Below the pieces are notes generated by a model that was not told the DNA's origin, ran no database searches, and saw only the letters and a list, made by a program, of their open reading frames with translations. From the IMG/VR virus record IMGVR_UViG_3300021087_000011: DNA of 64,000 nucleotides; one strand, given 5' to 3'. Below are positions 8,059 to 18,200 of this stretch, one piece after another (positions within the stretch are counted from its first letter, which is position 1; the number at the start of each line of letters is the position of its first letter). The position numbers and the translations under genes were made by a program. This stretch comes from an uncultured virus (IMG/VR IMGVR_UViG_3300021087_000011) (taxonomy: Duplodnaviria; Heunggongvirae; Uroviricota; Caudoviricetes).

Positions 8059-9080
8059 GTCATGAACTCGAAATCAACGACGATGGTGTGGTCCGTATGG
8101 CTTATGTCGACCGTGAGATCCCATGGCATCGGCTAGGTACTCCCATGCGTGGACTCCAAACCGCCGAGGCAATGCTTTCTGCAGCGCAGGCTGACTTTGA
8201 CGTTGTACTTGCCGACGTAGCCGCAGTTGACGGGAACGGGGAGGTTCTCTACAACCTGAATGGAGAGCCTGTCGTTATTGACAACAGTCGAGCCACGATT
8301 CGAGTGAATCCAGACGGATCATTTGATGGGCTCGCCACCGTAGGCACTCGGTTCGTTGTTGAACAGAACAAGGATTGCCTGATGCGGGCCCTAGACATCG
8401 TGGGGGCTTCCAAGGGCGACGCTGTCGTCGACACCGTGGGGGTTCTTCGTGGTGGTCGAGAGTTCTTTGCCTGTCTGGACCTGGGTTCATTGGTAATCGA
8501 CCCCAACGGGATCAACGACACAATTGATCGATATCTGCTCGTTCAGAATGGTCACGACGGACGTACTCCGATTACATTCGCCAACACCCCCATCCGGGCA
8601 GTCTGCAAGAACACAGTCGTCTTTGGCTTGCGACAAGCCAAGAGCATCTTCCGAGCCAAGCACACCCGAAACGCCGACAAAGCCGTGGAAGCGGCACGGG
8701 ATGTACTCAATATCTCAGTGGAGTGGGCACGGGGTTTTCAGGAGATGGCCGAGAAGTTGCTTCGAATTCCAGTTCCGGCTGGTTCCAGGCGTTTCGATAG
8801 CGTATTCAATACGGTATTCCCAGAGCCGAGTACCTTTACCGACCGTCAGCGCGACCATCGTGATGAGGTCCAAGTCACTTTGCGTGGCTTGTATGCCTCT
8901 CCAAAGAACGCTGCCGGCTACGGATATAACGGTTGGTCTACCTATAACGCTTTTGCTGAGTATTTCGACCACGTTCGTGAAGGTGAGGCCGATGCCAAAG
9001 CGGCATCGTCGATGAATCACACTTCATGGGTGTCAAAGAACAAGCAGACGGTGCAACAGGCCATTCTGCAACTGGTCTAA
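8055..9080 (+). CDS. DUF932 family phage/plasmid protein
   Basis: PWHRLG, NGHDG, TPIRAVCKNT, KHT, W..YNAFAEY.DH motifs. Confidence 0.92.
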   Translation: MSHELEINDDGVVRMAYVDREIPWHRLGTPMRGLQTAEAMLSAAQADFDVVLADVAAVDGNGEVLYNLNGEPVVIDNSRATIRVNPDGSFDGLATVGTRFVVEQNKDCLMRALDIVGASKGDAVVDTVGVLRGGREFFACLDLGSLVIDPNGINDTIDRYLLVQNGHDGRTPITFANTPIRAVCKNTVVFGLRQAKSIFRAKHTRNADKAVEAARDVLNISVEWARGFQEMAEKLLRIPVPAGSRRFDSVFNTVFPEPSTFTDRQRDHRDEVQVTLRGLYASPKNAAGYGYNGWSTYNAFAEYFDHVREGEADAKAASSMNHTSWVSKNKQTVQQAILQLV

Positions 9081-9313
9081 TGGTAGAGAGTTGGAAGGAA
9101 CACGCAGCCTGCAAAGGCCAGGACATTGGTTTATTTTTCCCTGCCAATTCTCGTAGAAACAAAGCCGCTTCCAAGTTCTGTGAGAACTGCCTTGTTAGCG
9201 AACTGTGTCTCAACGAAGCGTTGACTAGTAGTAGGGTTCTTGGTATATGGGGCGGGACCACTTGGAGAGAGAGACGGCAGATGAGAAGGCGTAAAAATGT
9301 ACGTTTATATTAA
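9080..9313 (+). CDS. whiB: WhiB family transcriptional regulator
   Basis: W...AAC, LFFP, CxxC....C, GIWGGTTxRER. Confidence 0.95.
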   Translation: MVESWKEHAACKGQDIGLFFPANSRRNKAASKFCENCLVSELCLNEALTSSRVLGIWGGTTWRERRQMRRRKNVRLY

Positions 9314-9500
9314 AATCGGAGAGTATTGGGAAACGGGCTTCTATCTAACAAAGTATGGCCATGATGGAAAGCCCTACAACCAGTTCTATTCTGAAACCAG
9401 GTGGGCAAACCAATGGGCCGCAGCATCTAGGGCTAATTACCTTAACGGTGGTACCGGCGCCCCACCGATAATGCCTGTTCCCAAAGCGAACGTAGAATAA
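9297..9500 (+). CDS. hypothetical protein
   Basis: 67-aa ORF in a tightly packed operon. Confidence 0.55.
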   Translation: MYVYIKIGEYWETGFYLTKYGHDGKPYNQFYSETRWANQWAAASRANYLNGGTGAPPIMPVPKANVE

Positions 9501-9514
9501 CCTACAATCTTTAT

Positions 9515-9850
9515 GTGAACATTTCTTCGACGCCTGATGGCGGATTCCAAGCACGCTCTTCTTTGATGGGCCTTGGCTTTTCTGAGGGTTACATCCTTCA
9601 TGCCGATCGCGAGCCATGCCCTATTTGTGGTCACCCAACTGGCGATTGCGTTGGTTCCCTTGAGGCCCCTGACACCCTCACCGGATGGAAGGACAGCCCG
9701 GAGGGGATGAGGCAAGTCCAGATGATCTTCTTGGAGGAAGACGTTTGGGAGGAAAGGCAGATAACCGCAGGTCGCAAGACCAAGATTTTGAAGCATCGAG
9801 CCGGGACATCGATTCCATTCGAAGAAGCGAAAAATCTCGGCTTGGTTTGA
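9515..9850 (+). CDS. hypothetical protein with CPICGHPTGDC metal-binding motif
   Basis: 111-aa ORF, CxxC-H-C motif. Confidence 0.65.
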   Translation: MNISSTPDGGFQARSSLMGLGFSEGYILHADREPCPICGHPTGDCVGSLEAPDTLTGWKDSPEGMRQVQMIFLEEDVWEERQITAGRKTKILKHRAGTSIPFEEAKNLGLV

Positions 9851-9875
9851 CAGTTTCAGTATTTCCCTGTAGTCT
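9847..9875 (+). promoter_or_regulatory. sigma70-type promoter of nrdJ
   Basis: TTGACA-17 nt-TAGTCT. Confidence 0.75.
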
Positions 9876-9937
9876 ACAATCAGTAGTGGCCGTAAGGCTC
9901 GCCACACTCGCCCTACTGAATCGGAAATCTCAGGTAA

Positions 9938-11860
9938 ATGCCCCTAATCACAGACAACTTCACAGAATCATACAAAACACAAACACCACCGTGGGGCTTC
10001 GGGGGGTTGGGGGAAATAGTATTCCTCAGAACATACAGTCGTAAGACTGGAGATAATGTTTCTGAGACGTGGCCAGAGACCATTCAGCGAGTAATCAATG
10101 GCGCTATTGAGATAGGTGTTCCATATACGCAAGATGAAGCGGAACGTCTATTCGATCATATGTTCAATTTGCGATGCTCATTTTCAGGTCGCGGTTTATG
10201 GCAGTTGGGCACACCACTTGTCCAGAAACTAAATGGAGCATCTCTTAATAATTGTTACTTCATCAACATTGAAACCGTCGAGGATTTTGAATTCCTATTT
10301 GACCATTTGATGTTGGGTGGAGGGGTTGGCTTCTCTGTGGAGCGATCCAAGATCCACGAACTCCCCAAGGTGAAGGCTGGCGTGGAGATCACGCATGAGC
10401 GCACCAACGACGCCGACATTATTGTTCCCGACTCAAGGCACGGGTGGTCACGGCTGTTGCATTCCACCCTCAAGTCGTTCTTTGATACAGGTAAGTCGTT
10501 CTCCTATTCAACGGTTTTGATTCGGGAGTCAGGCGCGGAATTAAAGACTTTTGGGGGTACGGCTTCAGGTCCGGGTGCCCTGATCGACGGAATTGCTGAC
10601 ATTTGCGCGGTTATGCAGGGTAGAGAGGGTAAAAAGTTACGGTCTGTTGACGTTCTTGACGTTTGTAACATTATTGGACGGGTGGTGGTGTCTGGTTCGG
10701 CACGACGCTCTGCCGAGATCGCCATTGGTGACCCCGATGACGTTTTGTTTATTCGGGCTAAGAATTGGGCAACAGGAACCGTTCCCGCTTGGAGATCTCA
10801 CAGCAACAACAGTGTTTATGCCGATTCCTACGACGAGATCCTGCCGGAGTTGTGGAAAGGATATAACGGCAATGGGGAACCGTATGGGTTGGTTAATCGT
10901 AAGTTGGCTCGAAGGGTCGGACGCCTCGGAGAGGCGAAGGCGGACAACAGTATTGAGGGATTTAACCCCTGTGCCGAGATAGCGCTGGGGGATGGAGAGT
11001 CATGTAATTTGGCCACGATTTTTCTCCCGAACATCGAGTCGTTGAAGCAGATGCGGGAGGTTTCCCGCTTGCTCTATCTGGCCCAAAAGCAGGTCACCCA
11101 ACTTGAGTACCCTTACGAGAAGACAACTAAAATTGTTTCCAAGAACGCGAGACTGGGTCAGTCTGTGACGGGAGTGTTGCAGTCTTCCGAAAAGCAATTG
11201 GCATGGATGCCCCAAATCTACGAGTATCTATCGGGACTAGACGAGACCTACTCCGCAAAACACAATCTGCCCAAGTCGGTTCGACTAACCACAGTTCAAC
11301 CTTCTGGGACGCTGTCCCTATTGCCGGGGGTGACTCCCGGAGTTCATCCAGCGTTTGCGCGTTATTACATTCGCCGAGTCAGGTTTCGCTCAACTGATGG
11401 TCTGGTGGAAGCATGTCGCAGTCGTGGTTACAAAGTTCAATGGGATGTGGGACTGGATGGTCGGAAGGACCGAACCAGTCTTGTTGTTGAGTTTCCGTGC
11501 CAGTCTCCAGAAGACGCGGTGCTGGCTAGCGAGATGTCAGCAATAGACCAACTTGAATGGATCAAACGCATGCAGTCCGAGTGGGCAGACAATGCGGTTT
11601 CGGTGACGGTGTACTACCGGCCTGGTGAACTGCCAGAGATCCAAGAGTGGTTGAAAAAGAACTACAAGAATTCAATTAAAAGTGTGTCATTCTTGTTACA
11701 CACCGATCACAATTTCCCTCTGCCACCTTATGAAGAAATAACAGAGGCAGAGTATGAGAAGTCAGTTGCGAGTATCGATCTTTCAGTTCCACTGGTGGCA
11801 GTGGCTTCTGACGTTGTTGAGTTTGACGATTGTAACTCTGGTGCGTGTCCTATTAGGTAG
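9938..11860 (+). CDS. nrdJ: class II (B12-dependent) ribonucleotide reductase, monomeric RTPR type
   Basis: RTYSR, LNNC, GGGVG, RRSAEI, NPCAEI, TTVQPSGT, C-terminal CxxGACPIR. Confidence 0.95.
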   Translation: MPLITDNFTESYKTQTPPWGFGGLGEIVFLRTYSRKTGDNVSETWPETIQRVINGAIEIGVPYTQDEAERLFDHMFNLRCSFSGRGLWQLGTPLVQKLNGASLNNCYFINIETVEDFEFLFDHLMLGGGVGFSVERSKIHELPKVKAGVEITHERTNDADIIVPDSRHGWSRLLHSTLKSFFDTGKSFSYSTVLIRESGAELKTFGGTASGPGALIDGIADICAVMQGREGKKLRSVDVLDVCNIIGRVVVSGSARRSAEIAIGDPDDVLFIRAKNWATGTVPAWRSHSNNSVYADSYDEILPELWKGYNGNGEPYGLVNRKLARRVGRLGEAKADNSIEGFNPCAEIALGDGESCNLATIFLPNIESLKQMREVSRLLYLAQKQVTQLEYPYEKTTKIVSKNARLGQSVTGVLQSSEKQLAWMPQIYEYLSGLDETYSAKHNLPKSVRLTTVQPSGTLSLLPGVTPGVHPAFARYYIRRVRFRSTDGLVEACRSRGYKVQWDVGLDGRKDRTSLVVEFPCQSPEDAVLASEMSAIDQLEWIKRMQSEWADNAVSVTVYYRPGELPEIQEWLKKNYKNSIKSVSFLLHTDHNFPLPPYEEITEAEYEKSVASIDLSVPLVAVASDVVEFDDCNSGACPIR

Positions 11861-11862
11861 GG

Positions 11863-12723
11863 CTAAAGAGATTCGATCTGATCTGCTAGGTCTCTAAGTT
11901 GCTGGGCTATGCCCACAACATATCCGACATCCACAAAGGCCCTTGGGTTTACTTCTGCTGGTGTGGGTTCGAGTGGTTCCACTGCTTCAGATTCCGCTGT
12001 TTCCCTAGCGGCTTCTTCTTTCTCGGCGATCATCCTGGCGATTGCATCCCAGTCGATGCCGGGGTCTAGTGGATCAGGACCAAGATTCTCCAACTTGTAA
12101 TCGGAGATGTCCCACGCCATGTTTTCGGGAGCCACTGCTGGTCCGCCGTAATAGGCGTCCAACCACGCCCAAGTAACAGCAGTTTTATCTGTTACAACTA
12201 GGTTATGTCGAACCCAGTCGCCGCCATCGATGCGAGCCCGAATGAAGCCCTCGTCGAAATCGGCTTCGCATTCAAAGAGAACAGGAGCACCGCCTACCTG
12301 GATCTGTCCGACTTTGACTGAATCTCCCCATCGTGGAACTTGTCCTAGATGGTAGAAGTACATGCCAATGGGCATGTATCCGTCTTTGGTTTTGCCAAAC
12401 CATGTGCGGAACGAGAAGCCGTCAGGGGCGGGCTGTCGGTTGCCGTGCCCATAGGACTGACCTTTCTCATTCTTGTAGCGCAGATCGCAAAACCCTAAGG
12501 TTTTTCCCGTGCTGTGGGAATCCCAATTGCTGAGGGCGCGAACCATGTATGAAACCTTGACGTGGCGCGATGGCGGTACTTCTTTATGGAGGGCACACCC
12601 ATAGTGGTCGCCCTTTCGGAACATCAGCCGTAGGGAATCACCGCTGACGTAGGCGTTGTGTGCCTTTCCGCTCCATGAGTCCTGCCAACCATCTTTAAAT
12701 GTTTCGTGAACGAGAATACTCAC
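11863..12723 (-). CDS. polysaccharide lyase family 14-like protein
   Basis: VSY...W...GKTLG...GHG...DGFSFRTWF...MYFYH...YYGG pattern resembling PL14 jelly-roll lyases. Confidence 0.55.
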   Translation of the reverse strand: MSILVHETFKDGWQDSWSGKAHNAYVSGDSLRLMFRKGDHYGCALHKEVPPSRHVKVSYMVRALSNWDSHSTGKTLGFCDLRYKNEKGQSYGHGNRQPAPDGFSFRTWFGKTKDGYMPIGMYFYHLGQVPRWGDSVKVGQIQVGGAPVLFECEADFDEGFIRARIDGGDWVRHNLVVTDKTAVTWAWLDAYYGGPAVAPENMAWDISDYKLENLGPDPLDPGIDWDAIARMIAEKEEAARETAESEAVEPLEPTPAEVNPRAFVDVGYVVGIAQQLRDLADQIESL

Positions 12724-12732
12724 TTATTACTC

Positions 12733-13119
12733 CTAACGTTTTCCACCGAAATATTCCACGGCATTTCCGCTCTCGATGAGATCTTTGTTGAGACAGGCAG
12801 TCATCTCTCCATCTGACCAGATGGTGGCAAGGATGCGTCCGAATTTGCCGGCCTTATCTTTGCTGGTTTGGAGCACAATTTGGGGGTGTCCATCCAACCA
12901 GTCCACTACATAATCTTTTGCTTTGAGCCCCAGGGCCTTTTCTTCGAGGTCGCGTGTTCGGCTTTCTGGCGTGTTGACCCCAAGGAGGCGCACACGAATT
13001 TTATGGTGAATAGAGAATCCCAAATCAACCATTAAGTCGATAGTGTCACCATCGACAACCCTTACCACCTTTGCGTTGTAGCAAAAGCGTTCAATCTTCG
13101 TTTGTTCTGAATCTGACAT
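12733..13119 (-). CDS. thermonuclease (SNase) family protein
   Basis: VVRVVDGDT, RLLGVNTPE, GKFGRILA. Confidence 0.93.
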   Translation of the reverse strand: MSDSEQTKIERFCYNAKVVRVVDGDTIDLMVDLGFSIHHKIRVRLLGVNTPESRTRDLEEKALGLKAKDYVVDWLDGHPQIVLQTSKDKAGKFGRILATIWSDGEMTACLNKDLIESGNAVEYFGGKR

Positions 13120-13282
13120 CTCGGTCCTCTTGTCGAAGTCGTTTACGGCGCCGTGACTTTTTAGGGTCATCGGCTAATTCCTCGTCCATCAACTCTTCGA
13201 GTTCTTCAACTGAACCCTGAAAGCCATTGGCCAAGCGCTCCCACTCATCCCACGCATCGTTGTCCGAAGAGTTCTTGGGCAC
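13091..13282 (-). CDS. small hypothetical protein
   Basis: 63-aa acidic-then-basic ORF. Confidence 0.55.
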   Translation of the reverse strand: MPKNSSDNDAWDEWERLANGFQGSVEELEELMDEELADDPKKSRRRKRLRQEDRDVRFRTNED

Positions 13283-13406
13283 CAGTACATATTAGTACCT
13301 GTGGGCTACCCTAATAACCACTGCAGGGCGCTACCTATACCCCAGACCGCCGTGCTGATAAACAGGTGTAACCCCATTACAATCAGCGATATTAAGGCTT
13401 TTTCGA

Positions 13407-13544
13407 TCATTTCTCTGATTCTTCTTTTTCTGGAGGATGATGGGGGGCTCCCCATGGGTTAAGAATGGGCCTTTCCCCAAATGCCTCTTCTCTCCAATAT
13501 GCGGGATCCTCGATGAATACATCGTCCGGTTCTGGAATTCGCAT
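13407..13544 (-). CDS. small hypothetical protein (45 aa, not in the ORF track)
   Basis: Hand-translated MRIPEPDDVFIEDPAYWREEAFGERPILNPWGAPHHPPEKEESEK*. Confidence 0.45.
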   Translation of the reverse strand: MRIPEPDDVFIEDPAYWREEAFGERPILNPWGAPHHPPEKEESEK

Positions 13545-13579
13545 TTCACTTCTGCTTTCAAACTTGTTTTCGAAAAACT

Positions 13580-13625
13580 AAAAACCCCCGGCTTACCCAT
13601 CCTGGTGGCGGGGGCCGGGGGTTTT
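13580..13625 (-). terminator. intrinsic terminator after the major capsid gene
   Basis: CCCCCGGC/GCCGGGGG stem flanked by A and T tracts. Confidence 0.8.
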
Positions 13626-13672
13626 CAGTTGATTACTTGGAGACGTTAGTTGCCTCCATTATCCGTTACGGC

Positions 13673-15013
13673 CTAGGAAGGAGCCGCATCGAAGGTGATC
13701 TTTGTGAAGGCTTCTGGGCGCTTCACTGCAAGCGCGAGACGTTGCTCGGCAAGGACCACGATTGCGTTGCGCACGAAGAAGTCTGAATGCTGCTCCGAAA
13801 CGCGGATATTGGCCTGCTCGCGGTCGTACAACTGCGCACCAGTACCGAAAGCGCCCACCAAAGCGGTGCCCTCTGCAATAGCCGGAGTCTCAACAACCGG
13901 AATACGCCACACGCGAGGCTCGCCACCGAGAGCCACGGAAACAGCGACCAGGTACTGGCCGTTGGAATCCTTGGTCAACTCAATGTCTTCCCAGTCATTC
14001 GGGTGCATCACGACGCCGGTTGGCTCGTAGTATGCGAGGAATGACAAGGTAGCCGCGCGCCGAATGGCATCAGCCTTGGTGTCCTTGACCGGCAAGGTCG
14101 CGCCTGCGGACCATGCGTAAGTCTGGATACCTGTGGTTTGAAGAACGCCAGTCAGGTTTTCGCCTGAACCAGAACCGTTGAGGATCTGAGCGTCTTCCGT
14201 CAGCCTGAGGCCGTACATCAACTCATTGTCGATGATCGACCGCAACTGCGGCTCGTCGGCTAGGACGTTGCGGTGAGCAGCCTCCCAGTGAGCAAGGGTC
14301 CTAACAGGAGCCTGCTCGCCAACGAACGTGAATGCTGACTGCGGTTTGGCCGTGAAGACCTCAGGCGAACCTGAGCGCTCCCCGACTGCCGCGGAGTTGT
14401 TCGTGAACCCGGTCATGCGGAAGTATTCCACGATGGCCGCGTTAGTGGTCCGGGTTGGGAAAAGTTCCCGTACTCGCTTGGTCCGCTGTGGCGGAATAAC
14501 GATCGGATCACGCTGGATAGAGCCGAATGCGCCAGGCGTGCCAGTCGGGAGACCCGAGTAGACATCCTTAACGTTGTATTCGTAAGCGCTCTTTGTGGTC
14601 AGTGAACCCTCGTACTGCCAAGGGTTCGGCATGTTTGCGCCATTGCGACCATTGCTGAGGGACTTGAATTCCTCTGAGTCGCAAAAAGCCTGGCCGAGGG
14701 TCTTGTACTGAGGCTGGGCGCCTGCAAAAGCAGTACCTGCAGCAGCAGCACCAGAAACCGATTCGACTTCGACCTCGGGCGGAGCGGGGGTTGCGCCCCA
14801 CTGGTTGATTTCATCAAGGTCCTGAATGCCCTTGATGAGGCCCTGCAACTCCTTGATGTCAACCATGTTCTTGTCGAAAGCACCTTTGCGCTCTTGATCG
14901 ACAATTAGAACATCGTCTTCCACCTTGAAGGAGTCGGCAATAGCCTGGTTATCGTCCATCTTGGTACGAAGTGCAGTCTGCAATTCGCCCAGACGGGAAG
15001 TGTCCTGTGACAT
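13673..15013 (-). CDS. major capsid protein, HK97 family
   Basis: N-terminal coiled-coil delta domain; EDAQILNGSGSGENLTG, VMHPNDW, FVRNAIVVLAEQRLALAVKRPEAF. Confidence 0.97.
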   Translation of the reverse strand: MSQDTSRLGELQTALRTKMDDNQAIADSFKVEDDVLIVDQERKGAFDKNMVDIKELQGLIKGIQDLDEINQWGATPAPPEVEVESVSGAAAAGTAFAGAQPQYKTLGQAFCDSEEFKSLSNGRNGANMPNPWQYEGSLTTKSAYEYNVKDVYSGLPTGTPGAFGSIQRDPIVIPPQRTKRVRELFPTRTTNAAIVEYFRMTGFTNNSAAVGERSGSPEVFTAKPQSAFTFVGEQAPVRTLAHWEAAHRNVLADEPQLRSIIDNELMYGLRLTEDAQILNGSGSGENLTGVLQTTGIQTYAWSAGATLPVKDTKADAIRRAATLSFLAYYEPTGVVMHPNDWEDIELTKDSNGQYLVAVSVALGGEPRVWRIPVVETPAIAEGTALVGAFGTGAQLYDREQANIRVSEQHSDFFVRNAIVVLAEQRLALAVKRPEAFTKITFDAAPS

Positions 15014-15260
15014 ATGCTCACCTCTCGTGAGATTGATTGATTGAATAATTGCTTTGAAGGGTCTAGGTAAGCACCTGTCCCAGTAGTAAATAGATTACTA
15101 GGCTTACTTAACCAGCATTGCAACTACTGCGATTTGGTATATCGCGAACCAATTTCTTCGACAGTCAAAGGAAAACGGGGTTTGGCTTTTCTGGCTTTCT
15201 CAACCTTGTCTGTGTATTCTTTAACCTTTTTGATATACGTCTCTAGTTCTTCGATGTCTT

Positions 15261-18200
15261 TCACGATGCCTCTTCCAGTGTCTTTCGATCCTTCTTGCGG
15301 GCGTGAACGATTTTGTTCATTTCCACACTGCCCATATTGCCAAAGCCTCCCAACGACTCCATTGGGGCGACATCTACAAACTCGACCATGTCTGGATCTA
15401 GGAAGAGATAGTCGGTACGATCCATGTCCCTAATACCTTTTTCGTGCGACTTGATTACGTCATAGCCGAGATCTTTAATACGAGCATTGATCTGTTTGCG
15501 GATATGTTGTATCCGTTCTGAGGGGAGGAAGCCTTCTTCATTCCATCCCTTTCCCCCTTGCTCTGGCCCCATCTCATTTGTCTGCAGAAATGTTTGTATC
15601 CACAGCAGGGTCTCTCTGCCGGTCAAAGCATCCCTGCCTCCGTTAAGACCATCGCGCTTGCGGGCAATGTCTTCAACAAGTTCGTCCAGGTCTTCTCCAA
15701 TCCAGGCATACGCTTGTCTCCAGCGTCCATCTCCAGTGACTATGGCATGTGCGACTTCTTCTCCCAGCCCGTGGAGCGTGGGTAGAACAACCTCATCGAG
15801 AACATCGTCCGGAAGAGACTCTTCAGCATCCAGTATTTGGGGAGGGTTCTCGCCCTTCCACTTCGTCGTATGCAAATGTTTAGGAACGGTCTTAATGGGG
15901 CCTGGTTCTGGGTAACCAGACTCCCCCTCGACCCATGTGCGCTCCCAGGGATTAGCCCATCCTTTGATCGCTGGGAATGCGCTAGATGTCGTATAAATGC
16001 CTGGCCCCCATTGACCAGAGTCATTACGGCTGACTTCGTATTCAACGTCTCCAGTCAAATCAATAGGGCCGCCGTGGTACAGGGTGATAGGTGTTCCCGG
16101 CGTCGTCGCCTTGTTCATATCCCAAGCGTTACTGACAATGTCTGGACCGTGGTCCCCTACACCGGAATCAAGACCAGAATGCACCAACCGCCGGAACCCG
16201 TTGACAGTGGTTCTAACGTGTCTGGCTTCGGCCAACTCTTCAAGGAACTCAGGGTCGCGTTCTTCAACAAGTTCCCGGACAGCGTCTAGTGTTTCCGGAG
16301 AGAGTGGTTTGAGATTCCCAAAATATCCCATAGGAGTGCTAAATAGGGCATTAGTGAGAGCGTCTATGTCATCATTTGATTGGTGAAGTTCTGCTTCGTT
16401 AAAGATCGAAGTAAGGGCTTCCATGCCTTGTTGGTATATCTGCTCTTCTTCACTATCTTCAGCGTCAGTTCTTTTCGAGGCAAGTCCATCAATCCCCATG
16501 TCGTCCAAATGCTGGTCGACCTGCTCTCGCGTAAGGAATGTGGCAGTTCCATCGTAAAACTCATCCCCAAATAGACTTACTTGTGTTTCTTCGTATTCAG
16601 CAGGAGTAAATCGTCCAGAGATGTCGGCTTCGCCAAGTTCGCCTGCTTCGTAATATGAATCCCTCGTCATGTCGGGTCGCTTTGCTTCAAGCAGTTCGCC
16701 CTCAGTGTCTTTAACATTGGAATAGTCGCGAACCATTGTCACGTTGCGTGCCGGCATTGACGCATTGGCCTCATTTGCCCTGTCAATTGCGTCCGTGAAG
16801 GAATCAATCGTTGACTGCTTCTGTTTGGGCGGCAAGTCCATCGTCTCTACGAGTTCGAGGATCTGTTCTTTGGCCTTGTCCCGGTCCGCTGAACTCATTA
16901 CCGGTGGGGGAGGTTTAACAACCTCATACTCAACCCAGGCGTGTCCTGACCGTTCTCCCACCTTGGGGAATACGGGTGATCCAACAACGACTCGAATGTT
17001 CTCTATGGGGTCACCGTCTACGTCCACGCCCTTTTCTGCAAGTTCTGCAGCAGCGCTATACGCGGCGGAATAACAGTCACCATCACCGGATCGCATTTCA
17101 TATCCGTACTGCTCTTCGAATGCCTGCTCACCGTCGGTCTGAATTCCTTTGAGTTTGAGGTGGCGGCGATAAGCATTTTGGAGGCTTTCACCTTCCTCTG
17201 GTTCCTCTGGCGACGAAAGCCACCTGTCTTTTTCACTCCCCCACGCCTCTTTACCTGCGGCGTGCGCTTCTTCCCGAGTGCTGCCACTATCGAGGGCTTC
17301 CTGTGTCGCCCGTTTCTTCAGTTCGTTCCTTCGATCGATATTCTCCATGATTGCGCTATTGCGGCCTTTGCGCAATTGCTTTAGTTTCTCGAATTCGGGG
17401 GTTTCGTGAAGGTCGTGTGTGGGGATGCCAATATCTGAAGGTTTGAAACTTATGGAGAGTTGGTTTCCATTGGGCAACACCGGACCATGTTTATTTTTAG
17501 AAAGGGTCTGGATCTGCTTTCTGGCGCCGGCCCTAACGTCTTGTCCGCGCAGTTGTGTGAACCTGATTGGTACAACTGTCATGCCCACTTCCCGTGCGGC
17601 AGCGAGTCGGTGATTTCCTTCACCGAGTACAAGATCTCCAGTTTCGTAATCATAATGACCTATTAGCGGCGAGAGGATACCAACCCTGCCGACGCTCTTT
17701 ACCAATTCGGTCTGGGTCATCTCGGTCAGGATTGCCACGTCGGGATCCGACTCGAACTCCCGTATTTCTCCAGCAAGAGCATAAGCATCGCCGTTTCCAT
17801 CATTACTGGCCGCTGCTCCAATGTTGCCCGGCATGTCGTCAAAGAACTCAATAGGGACAAGTTCAACGTCGCTTTCCTCGCGTCCATAGTCATACAGGGT
17901 CGCAACGGCACCGGGGTGAGGATAACGAGGATCGGTTACGTCAATGCCCAAGGCGTCGGCAACCTTCCGAGTTTCCTCTCCGTAGTATTTATTCCATTCT
18001 GAACTTTCGAGCCGCGCAACCTTTTGAACTCTCGGGTCTCCACCTCGGCGACTCTTGAAGCCGTCCTCGTCGCCGTAAGCGTCCTCGTCGCCGTAATAGT
18101 TGGGATCGTCAAAGTCCTCGTAGTCGAACCAAGAAGGGTGATCTCTAGGGTCTGGATCTGGAGGTGAACCCGGGTCGTAGCCAAACTCGTACAAGGAGTT

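Noticed and set aside
9938..11860. Intein or intron in nrdJ
   Set aside because: Length and motifs are continuous, with no splicing motifs seen
13296..13580. tRNA or other RNA gene downstream of the capsid gene
   Set aside because: No cloverleaf or T-loop motif seen; the region contains a plausible 45-aa ORF
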